From: Lepidodermella squamata
Taxonomy: Eukaryota; Animalia; Gastrotricha
Assembly (NCBI GenBank): GCA_047495785.1
Contig: JBLDXI010000036.1
Location: 372,001-436,000 of the forward strand
Direction of reading: 5' to 3'
Length of the DNA stretch: 64,000 nt
This document shows positions 20,961 through 35,542 of the stretch, one piece after another (within the stretch, counting starts at the first letter, position 1; the number at the start of each line of letters is the position of its first letter). A program made the translations under genes and the position numbers. Under the pieces are notes generated by a model. That model was not told the origin of the DNA and made no database searches. It worked only from the letters and a program-made list of their open reading frames with translations.

Positions 20961-22391
20961 TATTACATATAATAATTTAACGAGGATGAAAGGTTTGACA
21001 TATACTTATCATGCGGATACGAATTATAAGTTACTACGAATGCTTTGTTATTCAGCGTTCGTAGTACCGTTTTGTGTTATCAGCTGTATTGTGAGCTTTT
21101 GGTCATACGAAATCGTCATGCACGCCAGATAGAATGCTGAGTCCAATTTGTGAAAATTTGAAAACATTCTGATAGGGGAACGGAATCGGCATACGAAAAT
21201 TAACCCTTTGCGCTGCTAAGGGGGATTTTGAACCGAAAAAGCAGCCGAAATCCTAAAGCGGTTTTTATGATTTTTGTTTAAAAGCCGTCGAGCCGAGAAC
21301 ATTATGGTTTCAGTATTAATCGAATCTGCATTTCTCACAAACAAAATGTACCGAAGCGCGGGACGTTTTTCCTGTGAGAATCGTCATTCATGGAATCACC
21401 GAGACTTGGAAGAATGCAGTTCGATATGATAAATATTTTAAATAATGATATAAGATAATTAAAAAATTCTTGAAAGCCTTTTTATCATCTATATTACTAA
21501 ACGACGAAGGTCCTCAACCGTTAAATTTGAATTTTCCTTTGTATTTGGCGGCATGCTTAAATAGTATACTTCCACTCACCCGGCGGCCAAGTGCTTAGTA
21601 TCATTAGATAGAGAATAAAAAACTACTCGAGCGAAAAATGCCAGATTTCGAATCCGTCAAATCCGCAGTGTCAAAAATGCCAAAAAGCAAATAGAGCGCT
21701 TTCCGATTTTGAACGCAATTTAATTTAAAATACAAAAACATTTTTAAACTGTTAGTTAATTACTAAATCAAATTCTTATTAATTAAAATTTAAATATTTT
21801 CCATGGCGACGCGTTTGCGGGGAAATTCAAAAATGCCGGTCGCCGGGCGCCGCGTCGCGTGACCTTTGGGGTTCCATTATCTCAACCAAGGACACGTCCA
21901 CGGGGTCGGGGCATGGTAAATTCGTGCTCAGCATGGTCGAATTGATAATTACAGCATGAGAAAAGCAAATAAATCGAAAAAAAATTAATTATGTTGATCT
22001 CATGCATTGTCGTCACTATTCACAGGTACCATGATGGAAGACGCTCTAGATGTTACTCCTTGAGGGCGAATGGCGACTTTTAAAATCTTTTACTACTGCT
22101 TTTCTTACTTAGATTTGTTGATTTCGTAGAAATAGATGGTTAATTAGTGTTTTTACATCTCATGAACGTCCTTTGCAAGATGTTGGATGTTCATGTTACG
22201 CATCCCTTTTAGGTTTAACCTCACTCATCCATTGCAAGATCTTCTGAGACTGGCTCAGGTCTGTAGAGCATCTACCAAGATCATTTGATTAATGAATCAA
22301 CTATGCTGAGTAAGAAAAACAACAGTAAAACCTTCGGGGAGTAATCCATCACCTCAAGGACTGAACTAATTCGACTTGTGGAAATGAATTA

Positions 22392-22488
22392 GCCTATGTG
22401 GAAATGAAACATCAGGCTACAAAGGTGGGTGTGAACTAAAGCGGCTTCTCACCAAAACGAAGATCGCCAATGTGAGCTTAGTTGCCAT
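22392..22488 (-). pseudogene. Peptide-gene remnant D: exon 1 plus intron only (also 30206-30302 and 38122-38218)
   Basis: MATKLTLAIFVL|gtgaga...tttccacatag, then unrelated sequence. Confidence 0.7.
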
Positions 22489-23074
22489 GAGTAGTTGACA
22501 GTTAAAAGAAAATATTTCGACTTTATCTTGAAGATGAAATTTTGAATAATGAACTGAGCGGAGTTAGCTGCTTTATAAGCACTTTGCCAGTCATTCGGCT
22601 AAATATCACACGTAGATATCGCGACTTGCGCATAACAGTTTTCTGGAAATAGATACGAATTGCGTAAAATGCACTCGATGCGCATAAAAAACTGGTGTTC
22701 AGCATTTTTCCTAGCGAACAAGCACGCGACTGACTTGGCCAAGGAGGAGAAATTTAGTTGTTCGCCATTTGAGTCTATTTCCGGCACACTGCTATGGCAC
22801 GATATTCACAGTGGATGGTAAATAAGATAACTATGCGCGCAGGCGGCTGATTCAACAAATTAAAGAAATTATCAAACAATCAAACAATGATGGAAAATTG
22901 ACAATGGCGTCGGTACAGCGTTCCGAAATGCCAAGTGCATTTTTTCTACATTTTACAGGAGGCGAAAAAATGTAAGTTTTCTATTATAAAATAACTAATA
23001 TTGTTCATGCATCTTGGAATTTTCCGTTGAAAACCGAAGCGGAACTTGAAGGTCGAAAATCGCGACAGTGGTGA

Positions 23075-23560
23075 TGTTGGGGCCCGAGTCCGAATACGCG
23101 CTCGGGCCGGCCCGAACGCCGTACGGGTAAGATTGATTTGCCGCTCCGCTTTAAAACATGCCCGTATGCGACGTTTACTGTAAATTTAACAATTTTGGAA
23201 GAATCACGCTCCACCGCACACGGGCCGGCCAAGGTGTCGGCCCGAGCACGGCGGAGAACAATAGGAACCAGCGCTAGTGTCAGGGACCGCACTCGGGCCT
23301 CTTAAATACGACCGCCGGGCTTGGGTCGCCGGGCTCGGGTCATCCTACAACCAACACCCAACCCGATAACTGTATCAAGTCCCGGCCCAAGCCCGGCGGC
23401 CCGAGTACGACGCGCGCCAGTGCCTAACACTGGTTCCCATTGTCCTCCGCCGTGCTCGGGCCGACACCTTGGCCGGCACGTGTGCGGTAGAGCGTGATTC
23501 TTCCAAAGTGCTATTACCCGGCCGCATACGGGCCGGCCCGAACGCGAAGGGGTAGAAATT
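23075..23560. mobile_element. Two inverted copies of a GC-rich TGT-ended (Ginger-like) MITE, present in each tandem unit
   Basis: TGTTGGGGCCCG...CATCCTACAAC followed by a reverse copy; full copy at 59688-59994. Confidence 0.6.
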
Positions 23561-24102
23561 CAGGCCCAGTTCAGCAGTCGAAGGTGGGAAAGACCACATG
23601 GAGACCCTTTAAAATGGGCCTGAAAATACCCCATAGTTCGAGGATCCTACGTCTCGCACAGTGAACGTATTCCGTAGAAGCGTGGTGGGTGGCCGTCCGG
23701 CAAGAATTTTGATTCGATTCATTCTGTCAGGGAGATTTCAAGAGTAGGCCAAGCACTACTCCATACTACTTTATTAAGAATGAATCGAACATTGAGGATC
23801 TGCCATTCATAGCCTAAAATATCACAGGGAAATAACTGAAGCGAACATGGCATTGCATGGCATAATTGATGATATCACACTTTATCACAAGCTAGTTAGT
23901 TCTTATTCCATGGCGGGATGCCAACCGGCAGATCCTTGCATTCCATTAACAAGCTTGAACCATTTGCTGGAATTTATTCACGCATTGGAAAAACCACCTG
24001 CATATTTCGATTCCCAGCTCCGATTTGCTCAATCGGAACCGTCGAACTTTGTCGAACTTTGACAAAGCATGATGGTGATCCCAAATCCCAATACATCAGT
24101 GT

Positions 24103-24333
24103 GAATCTTATACCAGCGGATTCAGCGCAAAAAACATAATGTGTAACATATGTCGAAGCCACGATGATAAAAAATTGTAAACCGAAATTAAATTTTTTGA
24201 ATAAAAGACCCAGTGGACCCATATGGACAGTGTGAATATTGATAACATTTAACTTCAGTTTAAAAATTTTTATCATCGTGGTTTCGACATATTTTATACA
24301 GTTTTTTGCGCTGAATCCGCTGGTATAAGATTC
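24103..24333. repeat. Palindromic (foldback) MITE-like element, present in each tandem unit
   Basis: GAATCTTATACCAGCGGATTCAGCGCAAAAAAC / GTTTTTTGCGCTGAATCCGCTGGTATAAGATTC arms extending about 70 bp. Confidence 0.75.
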
Positions 24334-24779
24334 GAGGAGTTTGGAGCGGTTCGAAAGGGTGAAAAGTCATGTTGAAAAATAGCTATTTTTCGCTATATTT
24401 TTGGTCGCGCTGAAATATAATCAGCGAAGGTAGAGCAAGACGCCGCTCTGATCGCTGAAGTCCATCAAGGTGATTATCCGATAACGAGATCTCCTCTCGA
24501 GCGTTCATATCTAGTGAGATCTAAAATCCTGGTACCAGTTTCTAGTTTCTACTATAATTCTTTTTTAATTTTTAGAAATCCATCTTTGCGTCGTGGAAAA
24601 TAATCACAAGGGTAAAAGTTTCCTAATTTTTAAACTCGTACAATTGGCTAATTTTTTTATTATGTATCTAATTCAAGTATGTTCTGCTGATCATTTCCCT
24701 AAGATCTCAACTAATCTGATTTGTTATAGCGCGGAACAGGTACTATATTTTTTAAACAATTAAGAATTATTAACTTCAA

Positions 24780-27294
24780 TTAAGCTTCATTCTCTTGCGA
24801 GTGTGAACAGTTCGATTCCGTTCTCCGGCTGAGAATGTCAATGGTTTTCAGCTTGTTTTTCTCCGACACGTTATTGCCGCAATTCTGAGCGAGGAATAGA
24901 GCTGTCCAGCCTGTCGACGGTGCACTGTAATTGGCATCAGCTCCCGCCTCCCGTGTTAGAACATCTACAACGTTGTGCTGGCCTTTCACTGATGCACACA
25001 TGAGCGGTGTCATCCATTTTTCAGATGGCGATGTTTGACAGAGTATCCTCGACAACCGAGATGAGACCTCATTGTTGATGCACAGAGCATTTACATCGAC
25101 TTAGAATTCTCCGGTGAGAATTCTCACGATTTCCGCGTGTCCATTCCAAGCAGCGTAATGCAATGGAGTCTCGCCATCTTTACTAGATGCATTAACGTCA
25201 GCTTTGAATTCTCCGGCGAGAATTCTCACGATTTCCGCTTCTCCATTCTCAGCAGCATAATGCAATGGAGTCTCGCCATTATGATTAGAGGCAATAACGT
25301 CAGCTTTGAATTCGCCGGCAAGAATTCTCACGATATCCGCGTGTCTATTCCAAGCAGCGACATGCAAGGGAGTCTCGCCATATTCATTGAAGGCATTGAC
25401 GTCAGCATGGAATTCGCTGGCTAAAATGCTCACGATTTCTGCATGTCCATTTTCAGCAGCGATGTGCAAGAGCGTCTCGCGTTCATAATTAATTTCTCTA
25501 AAATTACCTGCCTTGGCAATGATTTTTAAGATCTCGGCGTGTCCTTCTCGGGCTGCGATGTGTAACGGTGACATGCCATCTCTCGATTTTGCGTTTGCTT
25601 TAGCTTTGAATTCCACCGCAAGTAAAATAACCATGTCCATGTGGCCTCCGAGCACGGCCAAATGTAAGGGTGTATAGCCCGAATTCATAGTCGTGTTCAC
25701 GTCTTTTATGAAATCAGATGCTAGCAATTTTGCAACTTCAGTCTGACCTTCCAACGCAGCAACATGTAACAAACTCATGCCTTGCTCATTCGTTATTTGA
25801 GTGTTCGCTCCCATTTCTTTTGCTAATAATCTAACCATCGTTGATTGGCCGTTCTCCGCTGCAGCCCATATCGGCGTCTTACCATCTGCAGCTGCCGTCT
25901 CAACACTTCTCTGTGGCAATCGTCCAAGTATTCGTGCAATCTTTGTTCGACCGTTATTAGAGGCGACGTACATCGGCGTTCTTCCCAGTAGGTCCGTAGA
26001 TAATGGATCAGCCTTGAACTTTGTCACCAGAAGACCTACTATATCATCATGGCCCTCTTGTGCAGCCAGAAACAACGGGGTAACACCTTCGTCATTCTTA
26101 CAGTTCACATCCAAATTCAAAGTTGAGTTTGATAACAACGATTCAATTTCTGCCGTGTTGTGTTGCCTGATCAGTCGAAAGAGATACTGAAACCACGGAA
26201 TAGAAGTATATCTACGAATTCATTATCGAATCCACATACCATCTGCGCAACTTTTGGATCCAACAACTCTGTGAAACTGATCTCATGCGCATTGTTCAGG
26301 ATTAGCGGAGAATTTGGATCATTCAAAGATTTGAGTAGATCTAGCGGCGGCATACGCCTCGAACTGTCTTTCACCAAAAATGCCAAAATTATGTTTCGGA
26401 ACTCGGGCGAATAGCCACGTGAATCGTTAAAGGGTTTTCGAATGTTTCTGAAAATGTGTTATCGTGATTCTCCTAAGATTTTCAGGTATAGAACTTACAG
26501 CATGATATCCAGGGCATTCTCAAACTGGGAAGAAGCCACGTGGTAAAAAAGTAAAAGACTTGGAAATAAAGCTAACAGGCCTGTAAAAATTCGCTAGCTC
26601 GAACAAAGTTACGCCCAAAGACCACCAATCGCTTTCGTACGAGTGCTCATTTTTGCCAAATAATTCAGGCGCCATGTACAGCTCGGTACCAAGCCTGAAG
26701 TTGTATGCTGTCCTTTTTGTACTGTTTGAAGAGCTTGAAGATTTGTTGACACATTGCGGAACTTTTATTTTAATGAATAAATTCATCAGTTTTTACCTAT
26801 CATATATTTTCGTCAGACCAAAATCGCCGAGTTTTACTAAACCGTTTTGCAGGAAAATATTTGTCGGCTTGATGTCGCGATGGAGCGCTCGCTTTTCATG
26901 CAGAGCAGCCAGTGCTGAAGCAAGTTGTAGCGACCATTCCAATAGCAAATCTTGAGGAATGGGCCGACCGTTTGCTTTCTTCATGTAATCATCCAAGTCT
27001 CCACCCGAGCAGTATTCCATGACAAGGTAATAAACAACAGCTCCAGATGTTTCTTTCTCTGTGGTATAGAAGGAAGCAGCAGTGTTAAAAGCGAAGTTCA
27101 GCTCGTCAAAAGTCTATTTTAGGAATTGTCCGGTTAATTAATGGAATAAGATGTTTTTTGTTAAGAAAGAATAGAAAAGAAAATCCATATTTTTTCTCTA
27201 CGCTTTCAAGAGACGAAATGGCTTAGGGGTGCCGATAAGGCTTGAAGTTAATTCGCCTAAATTAGGTTGACATAACCTACCTGTAAAAGCTCCA
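24780..27294 (-). pseudogene. 5'-truncated NEK-like kinase-ankyrin gene, unit 1 (10 ankyrin repeats before the stop)
   Basis: Lacks exon 1 (G-loop, AVK) and most of exon 2; otherwise matches 40510-43126 apart from one 102-bp repeat. Confidence 0.85.
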
Positions 27295-27338
27295 GCCTAA
27301 TGCCGACCACAGACTTCTCACCATTGCGTGGCCCAACT

Positions 27339-27626
27339 CTACCAGGCTGAGTGATCCTCCATCGCTTCGTACCTCGCTGCTTCCGCCGGTTGCGCTTCTT
27401 CACGGCCAGTTGATCTGACGCACTTCAGAGAGCCGTCAGGATTTTTTTTATATTCACCCGGAGTACCATGACCAATTGCGCAGCGATCTCCTTCCTTTTT
27501 TTCTGCGACTGCCATGAGAGAAACAGCGGCCTATGTGACAATGAAAAGTTGGGTTAAAAAGGGGATTTATAGCGTAAAGCGGCTTCTCACCAAAACGACG
27601 ATCGCCAATGAAAGCTTAGTTGCCAT
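27339..27626 (-). CDS. Cys-loop peptide precursor copy C2
   Basis: Same as C1 at +7814; 3'UTR and polyA signal replaced by kinase sequence. Confidence 0.65.
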
Positions 27627-30600
27627 GACTACTTAACAGTTCAAAGAAAATATTTTGACTTTATATTGAAGAAAGAAACTTGAATAATGAACTGAACAGA
27701 GTTAGGCTGCTTTATAACCACTTTGCTTGTCATTCTGTGTCTACGTCAGCATTAAGGTAATTTGCTTGCATTGGCATTCTATTATGACGTGGGTGCCTAA
27801 TGAATAAACAAGCATGCACGTCACAGCAACGCGACTGATTCAACATATTGAAGAAATGATCAAACAATGATGGGAATTCGACAGTGGGACAAACGCAGAC
27901 CGGCTAAAGAAAAAATTGCCCATTCCACATGGCGAAATATCCCGGATCCCTGTTCGGTCGGAGTGCGATGATATCAGCATCGTTTGAGCGAATGCAAACA
28001 ACCGCGGACCAGCAGGCTACAAATCTGCGGAAGCAAATATCTTCCTAGCTGTCCGTACAAAATCAACGTCGAAGAAAGGTGAAACGATATCACCAGATTC
28101 TGCGACAAGAACAGATGGCAGTGTAAAGCCAAATAGCTGGGGAATTCCACATCAGCAATACGTGAAAAAGTTCGCTTCAAGCAGAGAATTACTTGCTGAA
28201 CATTTCCAAGCCAGGGAGATGTACCGCTGCAAATTGTAACTTGGAATCATTTATTGAGCTAAAAATTAGGCTTGCAGACAACTCCGCTACCAGAAGGAAA
28301 CTGGCGAACTGGAGACTTGAAATCATCTGAAAAGTCTCAAACTCGGAAAAACTCTGGAACACAGTGAAATCCATTCCAAAGCAAGTCGAGATGCCGGCAC
28401 ATAATGATGAATGATAAATGAACGATTGTGGCCTGATGGTTGATGATTGTCGAGTCGGTATTCTGCTGACAATTGGGGCCAGCACATCATTTTTAGGTAT
28501 TTTCGGCCCGAATTTTTCGTACCCCCGTGGTATGCCGTGTGGATTTTTTCGGCTGGAGGGGCCTTCGGGCGAATATTTTCCGCTATCCGCTACTAAGCTC
28601 CCAAATATTTCGGTTTTTAGCAGTTTCTGATAATAAACTACAGTTTTCTTATCGATTGGTTGTTTAAGCGAAGGTTGCATTCAGGTTGATGTGACCTGAT
28701 TCGAACGATCCAAGGCGATTATTGAGGCAAAATGCAATAATCACTGTGCTAACGCCATGAATTTTTGGCGGCATTATTACATATAATAATTTAACGAGGA
28801 TGAAAGGTTTGACATATACTTATCATGCGGATACGAATTATAAGTTACTACGAATGCTTTGTTATTCAGCGTTCGTAGTACCGTTTTGTGTTATCAGCTG
28901 TATTGTGAGCTTTTGGTCATACGAAATCGTCATGCACGCCAGATAGAATGCTGAGTCCAATTTGTGAAAATTTGAAAACATTCTGATAGGGGAACGGAAT
29001 CGGCATACGAAAATTAACCCTTTGCGCTGCTAAGGGGGATTTTGAACCGAAAAAGCAGCCGAAATCCTAAAGCGGTTTTTATGATTTTTGTTTAAAAGCC
29101 GTCGAGCCGAGAACATTATGGTTTCAGTATTAATCGAATCTGCATTTCTCACAAACAAAATGTACCGAAGCGCGGGACGTTTTTCCTGTGAGAATCGTCA
29201 TTCATGGAATCACCGAGACTTGGAAGAATGCAGTTCGATATGATAAATATTTTAAATAATGATATAAGATAATTAAAAAATTCTTGAAAGCCTTTTTATC
29301 ATCTATATTACTAAACGACGAAGGTCCTCAACCGTTAAATTTGAATTTTCCTTTGTATTTGGCGGCATGCTTAAATAGTATACTTCCACTCACCCGGCGG
29401 CCAAGTGCTTAGTATCATTAGATAGAGAATAAAAAACTACTCGAGCGAAAAATGCCAGATTTCGAATCCGTCAAATCCGCAGTGTCAAAAATGCCAAAAA
29501 GCAAATAGAGCGCTTTCCGATTTTGAACGCAATTTAATTTAAAATACAAAAACATTTTTAAACTGTTAGTTAATTACTAAATCAAATTCTTATTAATTAA
29601 AATTTAAATATTTTCCATGGCGACGCGTTTGCGGGGAAATTCAAAAATGCCGGTCGCCGGGCGCCGCGTCGCGTGACCTTTGGGGTTCCATTATCTCAAC
29701 CAAGGACACGTCCACGGGGTCGGGGCATGGTAAATTCGTGCTCAGCATGGTCGAATTGATAATTACAGCATGAGAAAAGCAAATAAATCGAAAAAAAATT
29801 AATTATGTTGATCTCATGCATTGTCGTCACTATTCACAGGTACCATGATGGAAGACGCTCTAGATGTTACTCCTTGAGGGCGAATGGCGACTTTTAAAAT
29901 CTTTTACTACTGCTTTTCTTACTTAGATTTGTTGATTTCGTAGAAATAGATGGTTAATTAGTGTTTTTACATCTCATGAACGTCCTTTGCAAGATGTTGG
30001 ATGTTCATGTTACGCATCCCTTTTAGGTTTAACCTCACTCATCCATTGCAAGATCTTCTGAGACTGGCTCAGGTCTGTAGAGCATCTACCAAGATCATTT
30101 GATTAATGAATCAACTATGCTGAGTAAGAAAAACAACAGTAAAACCTTCGGGGAGTAATCCATCACCTCAAGGACTGAACTAATTCGACTTGTGGAAATG
30201 AATTAGCCTATGTGGAAATGAAACATCAGGCTACAAAGGTGGGTGTGAACTAAAGCGGCTTCTCACCAAAACGAAGATCGCCAATGTGAGCTTAGTTGCC
30301 ATGAGTAGTTGACAGTTAAAAGAAAATATTTCGACTTTATCTTGAAGATGAAATTTTGAATAATGAACTGAGCGGAGTTAGCTGCTTTATAAGCACTTTG
30401 CCAGTCATTCGGCTAAATATCACACGTAGATATCGCGACTTGCGCATAACAGTTTTCTGGAAATAGATACGAATTGCGTAAAATGCACTCGATGCGCATA
30501 AAAAACTGGTGTTCAGCATTTTTCCTAGCGAACAAGCACGCGACTGACTTGGCCAAGGAGGAGAAATTTAGTTGTTCGCCATTTGAGTCTATTTCCGGCA

Positions 30601-32593
30601 CACTGCTATGGCACGATATTCACAGTGGATGGTAAATAAGATAACTATGCGCGCAGGCGGCTGATTCAACAAATTAAAGAAATTATCAAACAATCAAACA
30701 ATGATGGAAAATTGACAATGGCGTCGGTACAGCGTTCCGAAATGCCAAGTGCATTTTTTCTACATTTTACAGGAGGCGAAAAAATGTAAGTTTTCTATTA
30801 TAAAATAACTAATATTGTTCATGCATCTTGGAATTTTCCGTTGAAAACCGAAGCGGAACTTGAAGGTCGAAAATCGCGACAGTGGTGATGTTGGGGCCCG
30901 AGTCCGAATACGCGCTCGGGCCGGCCCGAACGCCGTACGGGTAAGATTGATTTGCCGCTCCGCTTTAAAACATGCCCGTATGCGACGTTTACTGTAAATT
31001 TAACAATTTTGGAAGAATCACGCTCCACCGCACACGGGCCGGCCAAGGTGTCGGCCCGAGCACGGCGGAGAACAATAGGAACCAGCGCTAGTGTCAGGGA
31101 CCGCACTCGGGCCTCTTAAATACGACCGCCGGGCTTGGGTCGCCGGGCTCGGGTCATCCTACAACCAACACCCAACCCGATAACTGTATCAAGTCCCGGC
31201 CCAAGCCCGGCGGCCCGAGTACGACGCGCGCCAGTGCCTAACACTGGTTCCCATTGTCCTCCGCCGTGCTCGGGCCGACACCTTGGCCGGCACGTGTGCG
31301 GTAGAGCGTGATTCTTCCAAAGTGCTATTACCCGGCCGCATACGGGCCGGCCCGAACGCGAAGGGGTAGAAATTCAGGCCCAGTTCAGCAGTCGAAGGTG
31401 GGAAAGACCACATGGAGACCCTTTAAAATGGGCCTGAAAATACCCCATAGTTCGAGGATCCTACGTCTCGCACAGTGAACGTATTCCGTAGAAGCGTGGT
31501 GGGTGGCCGTCCGGCAAGAATTTTGATTCGATTCATTCTGTCAGGGAGATTTCAAGAGTAGGCCAAGCACTACTCCATACTACTTTATTAAGAATGAATC
31601 GAACATTGAGGATCTGCCATTCATAGCCTAAAATATCACAGGGAAATAACTGAAGCGAACATGGCATTGCATGGCATAATTGATGATATCACACTTTATC
31701 ACAAGCTAGTTAGTTCTTATTCCATGGCGGGATGCCAACCGGCAGATCCTTGCATTCCATTAACAAGCTTGAACCATTTGCTGGAATTTATTCACGCATT
31801 GGAAAAACCACCTGCATATTTCGATTCCCAGCTCCGATTTGCTCAATCGGAACCGTCGAACTTTGTCGAACTTTGACAAAGCATGATGGTGATCCCAAAT
31901 CCCAATACATCAGTGTGAATCTTATACCAGCGGATTCAGCGCAAAAAACATAATGTGTAACATATGTCGAAGCCACGATGATAAAAAATTGTAAACCGAA
32001 ATTAAATTTTTTGAATAAAAGACCCAGTGGACCCATATGGACAGTGTGAATATTGATAACATTTAACTTCAGTTTAAAAATTTTTATCATCGTGGTTTCG
32101 ACATATTTTATACAGTTTTTTGCGCTGAATCCGCTGGTATAAGATTCGAGGAGTTTGGAGCGGTTCGAAAGGGTGAAAAGTCATGTTGAAAAATAGCTAT
32201 TTTTCGCTATATTTTTGGTCGCGCTGAAATATAATCAGCGAAGGTAGAGCAAGACGCCGCTCTGATCGCTGAAGTCCATCAAGGTGATTATCCGATAACG
32301 AGATCTCCTCTCGAGCGTTCATATCTAGTGAGATCTAAAATCCTGGTACCAGTTTCTAGTTTCTACTATAATTCTTTTTTAATTTTTAGAAATCCATCTT
32401 TGCGTCGTGGAAAATAATCACAAGGGTAAAAGTTTCCTAATTTTTAAACTCGTACAATTGGCTAATTTTTTTATTATGTATCTAATTCAAGTATGTTCTG
32501 CTGATCATTTCCCTAAGATCTCAACTAATCTGATTTGTTATAGCGCGGAACAGGTACTATATTTTTTAAACAATTAAGAATTATTAACTTCAA

Positions 32594-35210
32594 TTAAGCT
32601 TCATTCTCTTGCGAGTGTGAACAGTTCGATTCCGTTCTCCGGCTGAGAATGTCAATGGTTTTCAGCTTGTTTTTCTCCGACACGTTATTGCCGCAATTCT
32701 GAGCGAGGAATAGAGCTGTCCAGCCTGTCGACGGTGCACTGTAATTGGCATCAGCTCCCGCCTCCCGTGTTAGAACATCTACAACGTTGTGCTGGCCTTT
32801 CACTGATGCACACATGAGCGGTGTCATCCATTTTTCAGATGGCGATGTTTGACAGAGTATCCTCGACAACCGAGATGAGACCTCATTGTTGATGCACAGA
32901 GCATTTACATCGACTTAGAATTCTCCGGTGAGAATTCTCACGATTTCCGCGTGTCCATTCCAAGCAGCGTAATGCAATGGAGTCTCGCCATCTTTACTAG
33001 ATGCATTAACGTCAGCTTTGAATTCTCCGGCGAGAATTCTCACGATTTCCGCTTCTCCATTCTCAGCAGCATAATGCAATGGAGTCTCGCCATCTTTACT
33101 AGATGCATTAACGTCAGCTTTGAATTCTCCGGCGAGAATTCTCACGATTTCCGCTTCTCCATTCTCAGCAGCATAATGCAATGGAGTCTCGCCATTATGA
33201 TTAGAGGCAATAACGTCAGCTTTGAATTCGCCGGCAAGAATTCTCACGATATCCGCGTGTCTATTCCAAGCAGCGACATGCAAGGGAGTCTCGCCATATT
33301 CATTGAAGGCATTGACGTCAGCATGGAATTCGCTGGCTAAAATGCTCACGATTTCTGCATGTCCATTTTCAGCAGCGATGTGCAAGAGCGTCTCGCGTTC
33401 ATAATTAATTTCTCTAAAATTACCTGCCTTGGCAATGATTTTTAAGATCTCGGCGTGTCCTTCTCGGGCTGCGATGTGTAACGGTGACATGCCATCTCTC
33501 GATTTTGCGTTTGCTTTAGCTTTGAATTCCACCGCAAGTAAAATAACCATGTCCATGTGGCCTCCGAGCACGGCCAAATGTAAGGGTGTATAGCCCGAAT
33601 TCATAGTCGTGTTCACGTCTTTTATGAAATCAGATGCTAGCAATTTTGCAACTTCAGTCTGACCTTCCAACGCAGCAACATGTAACAAACTCATGCCTTG
33701 CTCATTCGTTATTTGAGTGTTCGCTCCCATTTCTTTTGCTAATAATCTAACCATCGTTGATTGGCCGTTCTCCGCTGCAGCCCATATCGGCGTCTTACCA
33801 TCTGCAGCTGCCGTCTCAACACTTCTCTGTGGCAATCGTCCAAGTATTCGTGCAATCTTTGTTCGACCGTTATTAGAGGCGACGTACATCGGCGTTCTTC
33901 CCAGTAGGTCCGTAGATAATGGATCAGCCTTGAACTTTGTCACCAGAAGACCTACTATATCATCATGGCCCTCTTGTGCAGCCAGAAACAACGGGGTAAC
34001 ACCTTCGTCATTCTTACAGTTCACATCCAAATTCAAAGTTGAGTTTGATAACAACGATTCAATTTCTGCCGTGTTGTGTTGCCTGATCAGTCGAAAGAGA
34101 TACTGAAACCACGGAATAGAAGTATATCTACGAATTCATTATCGAATCCACATACCATCTGCGCAACTTTTGGATCCAACAACTCTGTGAAACTGATCTC
34201 ATGCGCATTGTTCAGGATTAGCGGAGAATTTGGATCATTCAAAGATTTGAGTAGATCTAGCGGCGGCATACGCCTCGAACTGTCTTTCACCAAAAATGCC
34301 AAAATTATGTTTCGGAACTCGGGCGAATAGCCACGTGAATCGTTAAAGGGTTTTCGAATGTTTCTGAAAATGTGTTATCGTGATTCTCCTAAGATTTTCA
34401 GGTATAGAACTTACAGCATGATATCCAGGGCATTCTCAAACTGGGAAGAAGCCACGTGGTAAAAAAGTAAAAGACTTGGAAATAAAGCTAACAGGCCTGT
34501 AAAAATTCGCTAGCTCGAACAAAGTTACGCCCAAAGACCACCAATCGCTTTCGTACGAGTGCTCATTTTTGCCAAATAATTCAGGCGCCATGTACAGCTC
34601 GGTACCAAGCCTGAAGTTGTATGCTGTCCTTTTTGTACTGTTTGAAGAGCTTGAAGATTTGTTGACACATTGCGGAACTTTTATTTTAATGAATAAATTC
34701 ATCAGTTTTTACCTATCATATATTTTCGTCAGACCAAAATCGCCGAGTTTTACTAAACCGTTTTGCAGGAAAATATTTGTCGGCTTGATGTCGCGATGGA
34801 GCGCTCGCTTTTCATGCAGAGCAGCCAGTGCTGAAGCAAGTTGTAGCGACCATTCCAATAGCAAATCTTGAGGAATGGGCCGACCGTTTGCTTTCTTCAT
34901 GTAATCATCCAAGTCTCCACCCGAGCAGTATTCCATGACAAGGTAATAAACAACAGCTCCAGATGTTTCTTTCTCTGTGGTATAGAAGGAAGCAGCAGTG
35001 TTAAAAGCGAAGTTCAGCTCGTCAAAAGTCTATTTTAGGAATTGTCCGGTTAATTAATGGAATAAGATGTTTTTTGTTAAGAAAGAATAGAAAAGAAAAT
35101 CCATATTTTTTCTCTACGCTTTCAAGAGACGAAATGGCTTAGGGGTGCCGATAAGGCTTGAAGTTAATTCGCCTAAATTAGGTTGACATAACCTACCTGT
35201 AAAAGCTCCA
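32594..35210 (-). pseudogene. 5'-truncated NEK-like kinase-ankyrin gene, unit 2 (11 ankyrin repeats before the stop)
   Basis: As unit 1 plus one extra ankyrin repeat. Confidence 0.85.
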
Positions 35211-35254
35211 GCCTAATGCCGACCACAGACTTCTCACCATTGCGTGGCCCAACT

Positions 35255-35542
35255 CTACCAGGCTGAGTGATCCTCCATCGCTTCGTACCTCGCTGCTTCC
35301 GCCGGTTGCGCTTCTTCACGGCCAGTTGATCTGACGCACTTCAGAGAGCCGTCAGGATTTTTTTTATATTCACCCGGAGTACCATGACCAATTGCGCAGC
35401 GATCTCCTTCCTTTTTTTCTGCGACTGCCATGAGAGAAACAGCGGCCTATGTGACAATGAAAAGTTGGGTTAAAAAGGGGATTTATAGCGTAAAGCGGCT
35501 TCTCACCAAAACGACGATCGCCAATGAAAGCTTAGTTGCCAT
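35255..35542 (-). CDS. Cys-loop peptide precursor copy C3
   Basis: Same as C1 at +15730. Confidence 0.65.

Noticed and set aside
20160-24276. Short ORFs recurring in each tandem unit (68, 163, 95, 100 aa and others)
   Set aside because: Recurrence reflects the triplication only; no recognisable domains except a short PAN remnant
25101-25460. Regular 102-bp repeats resembling a CRISPR array or satellite
   Set aside because: These are coding ankyrin repeats with no unique spacers, in a eukaryotic context
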